From Malacoraja senta (Eukaryota), in contig CM075997.1 in assembly GCA_038087875.1 (NCBI GenBank), forward strand, positions 4,032,001 through 4,096,000: a DNA stretch of 64,000 nucleotides. The letters are read 5' to 3'. The notes under the pieces were generated by a model. That model made no database searches. It was given only the letters and a program-made list of their open reading frames with translations, and was not told the DNA's origin. The position numbers and the translations under genes were made by a program. Positions 61,747 through 64,000 of the stretch are shown piece by piece (the stretch's first letter is position 1; each line of letters begins with the position of its first letter).

Positions 61747-64000
61747 AAGGATCATGTATTGGCGATCGCTTCGCCCAACACCTCCACTCGGTTCGCAATA
61801 ACCAACCTGATCTCCCGGTGGCTCAGCACTTCAACTCCCCCTCCCATTCCGAATCCGACCTTTCTGTCCTGGGCCTCCTCGTGGCCAGAGTGAGGACCAC
61901 CACAAATTGGAGGAGCAGCACCTCATATTTCGCCTGGGTAGTTTTACACCCCAGCGGTATGAACATTGACTTCTCCAATTTCAGGTAGTCCTTGCTTTCT
62001 CCCTCTTCCCCTCCACTTCCCAGCTCTCCCACAGCCCACTGTCTCCGTCTCTTCCTTTCTTCTTCCTGCCCCCACCACCCCCACATCAGTCTGAACAAGG
62101 GTCTCGACCCGAAACGTCACCTATTCCTTCGCTCCATAGAGGCTGCCTCACCTGCTGAGTTTCTCCAGCATTTTTATCTCCTTCGATTTTTCCAGCATCT
62201 GCAGTTCTTCTTAAACAAATAATAATAATAATAATAATGGATTGGATTTATATAGCGCCTTTCTAATACCCAAGGGCGCCTATTTCTCGAAATAAAATAT
62301 ATTTGAAATTTAAAAAATACATGTGGAAGGTTAGTAATCCATTTCTTAACTGCTTCAAAGGTTATTTCCATTCTACTATACACAAGCAAACCAAAACTAC
62401 TGCGAGCGGTACCCATGTAATGTGGTCTCGCCAATGCCGTGTGCAAATGAAACATAACTCCTCTTTGTTTCCAATTTTCCCAGCTGTAAATAAAAGGATT
62501 CTGTTCACTTTCCTAATCACTTGCGGCTGCACATTAATCTTTTGTGAGTCAGGTATTAGGTGTCACAAGTTTCCTGGTAGCTCAGAGCTCTATAACCTCT
62601 TATCGTCTAAACAACATGCATCTTTTTATTTCTTTTCCTGTGAAATTGGATGTTTTTTCACTCACCCTCCTAATTCTCCGACGGCCTTTTCATTGAATGG
62701 ATTTCCCCCTCTCTGCAGAATCCTTGCATCTTCTTAAGTTACGTCAAGGCATGTTGAGTTCAGTTTAGTTTAGTTTAGTTGAGAGATACAGCGCGGAAAC
62801 AGGCTCTTCAGCCCACTGAGTCCTCACCGACCAGCGATCCCCGCGCACTAACACTATCCTACACACACGAGAGACAATTTACATTTACACCAAGCCAATC
62901 GATCTACAAACCTGTACGTCTTTGGAGTGTGGGAGGAAGCCGATGATCTCGGGGAAAACCCACGCAGGTCACGGAGAGAGCGTACGAACTCCGCACAGGC
63001 AGCACCCGTAGTCGGGGTCGAATCCGGGTCTCTGGCACTGTAAAAGCAGTAAGGCAGCAACTCTACCGCTGCGCCTCCGTGCCACACTCTGAAGAAGGGT
63101 CTCACCTGTTCCTTTTCTCCAGAGATGCTGCCTGATCCATTGAGTTACTCCAGCAGTTTGTGTCTATCTTCAAGAGAAACCAGCATCTGCAGTTGCTTCC
63201 TGCACAAGCTGTGTGCATTGTCAGATGCATAGGTATGATGAGGTGCAGTTACAATGCAAATCTTGCTTGCAGCAGCATCAGGTACATAGACTCAAACAGC
63301 ATTTAGAAATAGGAATAGTACATAAATTACTCATAACACTATGACTTATAACTTCATCTTCATAAGTGAAAGGAGCAAAATTAGACCAATCATCCCATCG
63401 TCGACTCCGCCATTCAATCATGGCTGATCTATCTCCCCCTCACAACCCCATTCTCCTGCCTTCTCCCCATAACCTCTGACACCCGTACTAATCAAGAATC
63501 TATCTATCTATCTCTGCCTTAAAAAATATCCACTGACTTGGCCTCCACAGCCTTCTGTGGCAAAGAATTCCACAGATTCACCACCACCCTCTAAAGAAAT
63601 TCCTCCTCACCTCCTTCCTAAAGGAACATCCTTTAATTCTGAGGCTGTGACCTCTGGTCCTGGGCTCTCCCACTAGTGGAAACATCCTCTCCACATCCAC
63701 TCTAACCGGGCCTTCATGCAAACAGTGAAAAGAAACACACTGTTCAAGAAACAAGATGGGCGCCACGGTGGCGCAGCGGTAGAGTTGCGGGTTCGATCCA
63801 GAGACCCAGGTTCGATCCCGAATACAGATGCTGTCTGTACGGTGTTTGTACGTTCTCCCCGTGACCCGCGTGGGTTTTCTCCGAGATCTTCAGTTTCCTC
63901 CCACACTCCAAAGACGTACAGGTTTGTAGGTTAATTGGCTTGGTATAAATGTAAATTGTCCCTAGTGTGTGTAGGATAGCGTCAGTGTGCGGGTATCGCA

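Overview
Vertebrate genomic DNA, most likely from a cartilaginous fish (skate or ray). This is inferred from abundant HE1/V-SINE-type SINEs and CR1(HER1)-like LINE tails. Two host genes sit head-to-head on a CpG-island promoter at about 2.2-3.3 kb. One is an intronless thioredoxin-fold gene with an atypical WCEFC active site (- strand, 1832-2200). The other is a SERTA-domain (SERTAD family) gene with a non-coding first exon (donor at 3009/3010), a single coding exon (12227-13015) and probably a ~5.5 kb 3' UTR. The rest is dominated by transposable elements: a decayed non-autonomous gamma/epsilon-type ERV (about 26.2-31.7 kb), a 5'-truncated L1-clade LINE with an intact ORF2 flanked by a 397-bp direct duplication, a minus-strand LTR with a tRNA-Pro PBS, Penelope-like remnants with many minimal hammerhead motifs, Harbinger-like MITEs, and CR1, Rex/Babar and L2 fragments. 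The most striking observation is two families of very short (~140-170 nt) non-coding retroposed elements. Each begins exactly at the G1 cleavage position of an HDV/CPEB3-like double-pseudoknot fold and ends in a (GAA)n tail, and three of the four copies show target-site duplications. They look like ribozyme-headed SINE-like elements. All RNA structures were paired by eye; no database searches or folding programs were run.
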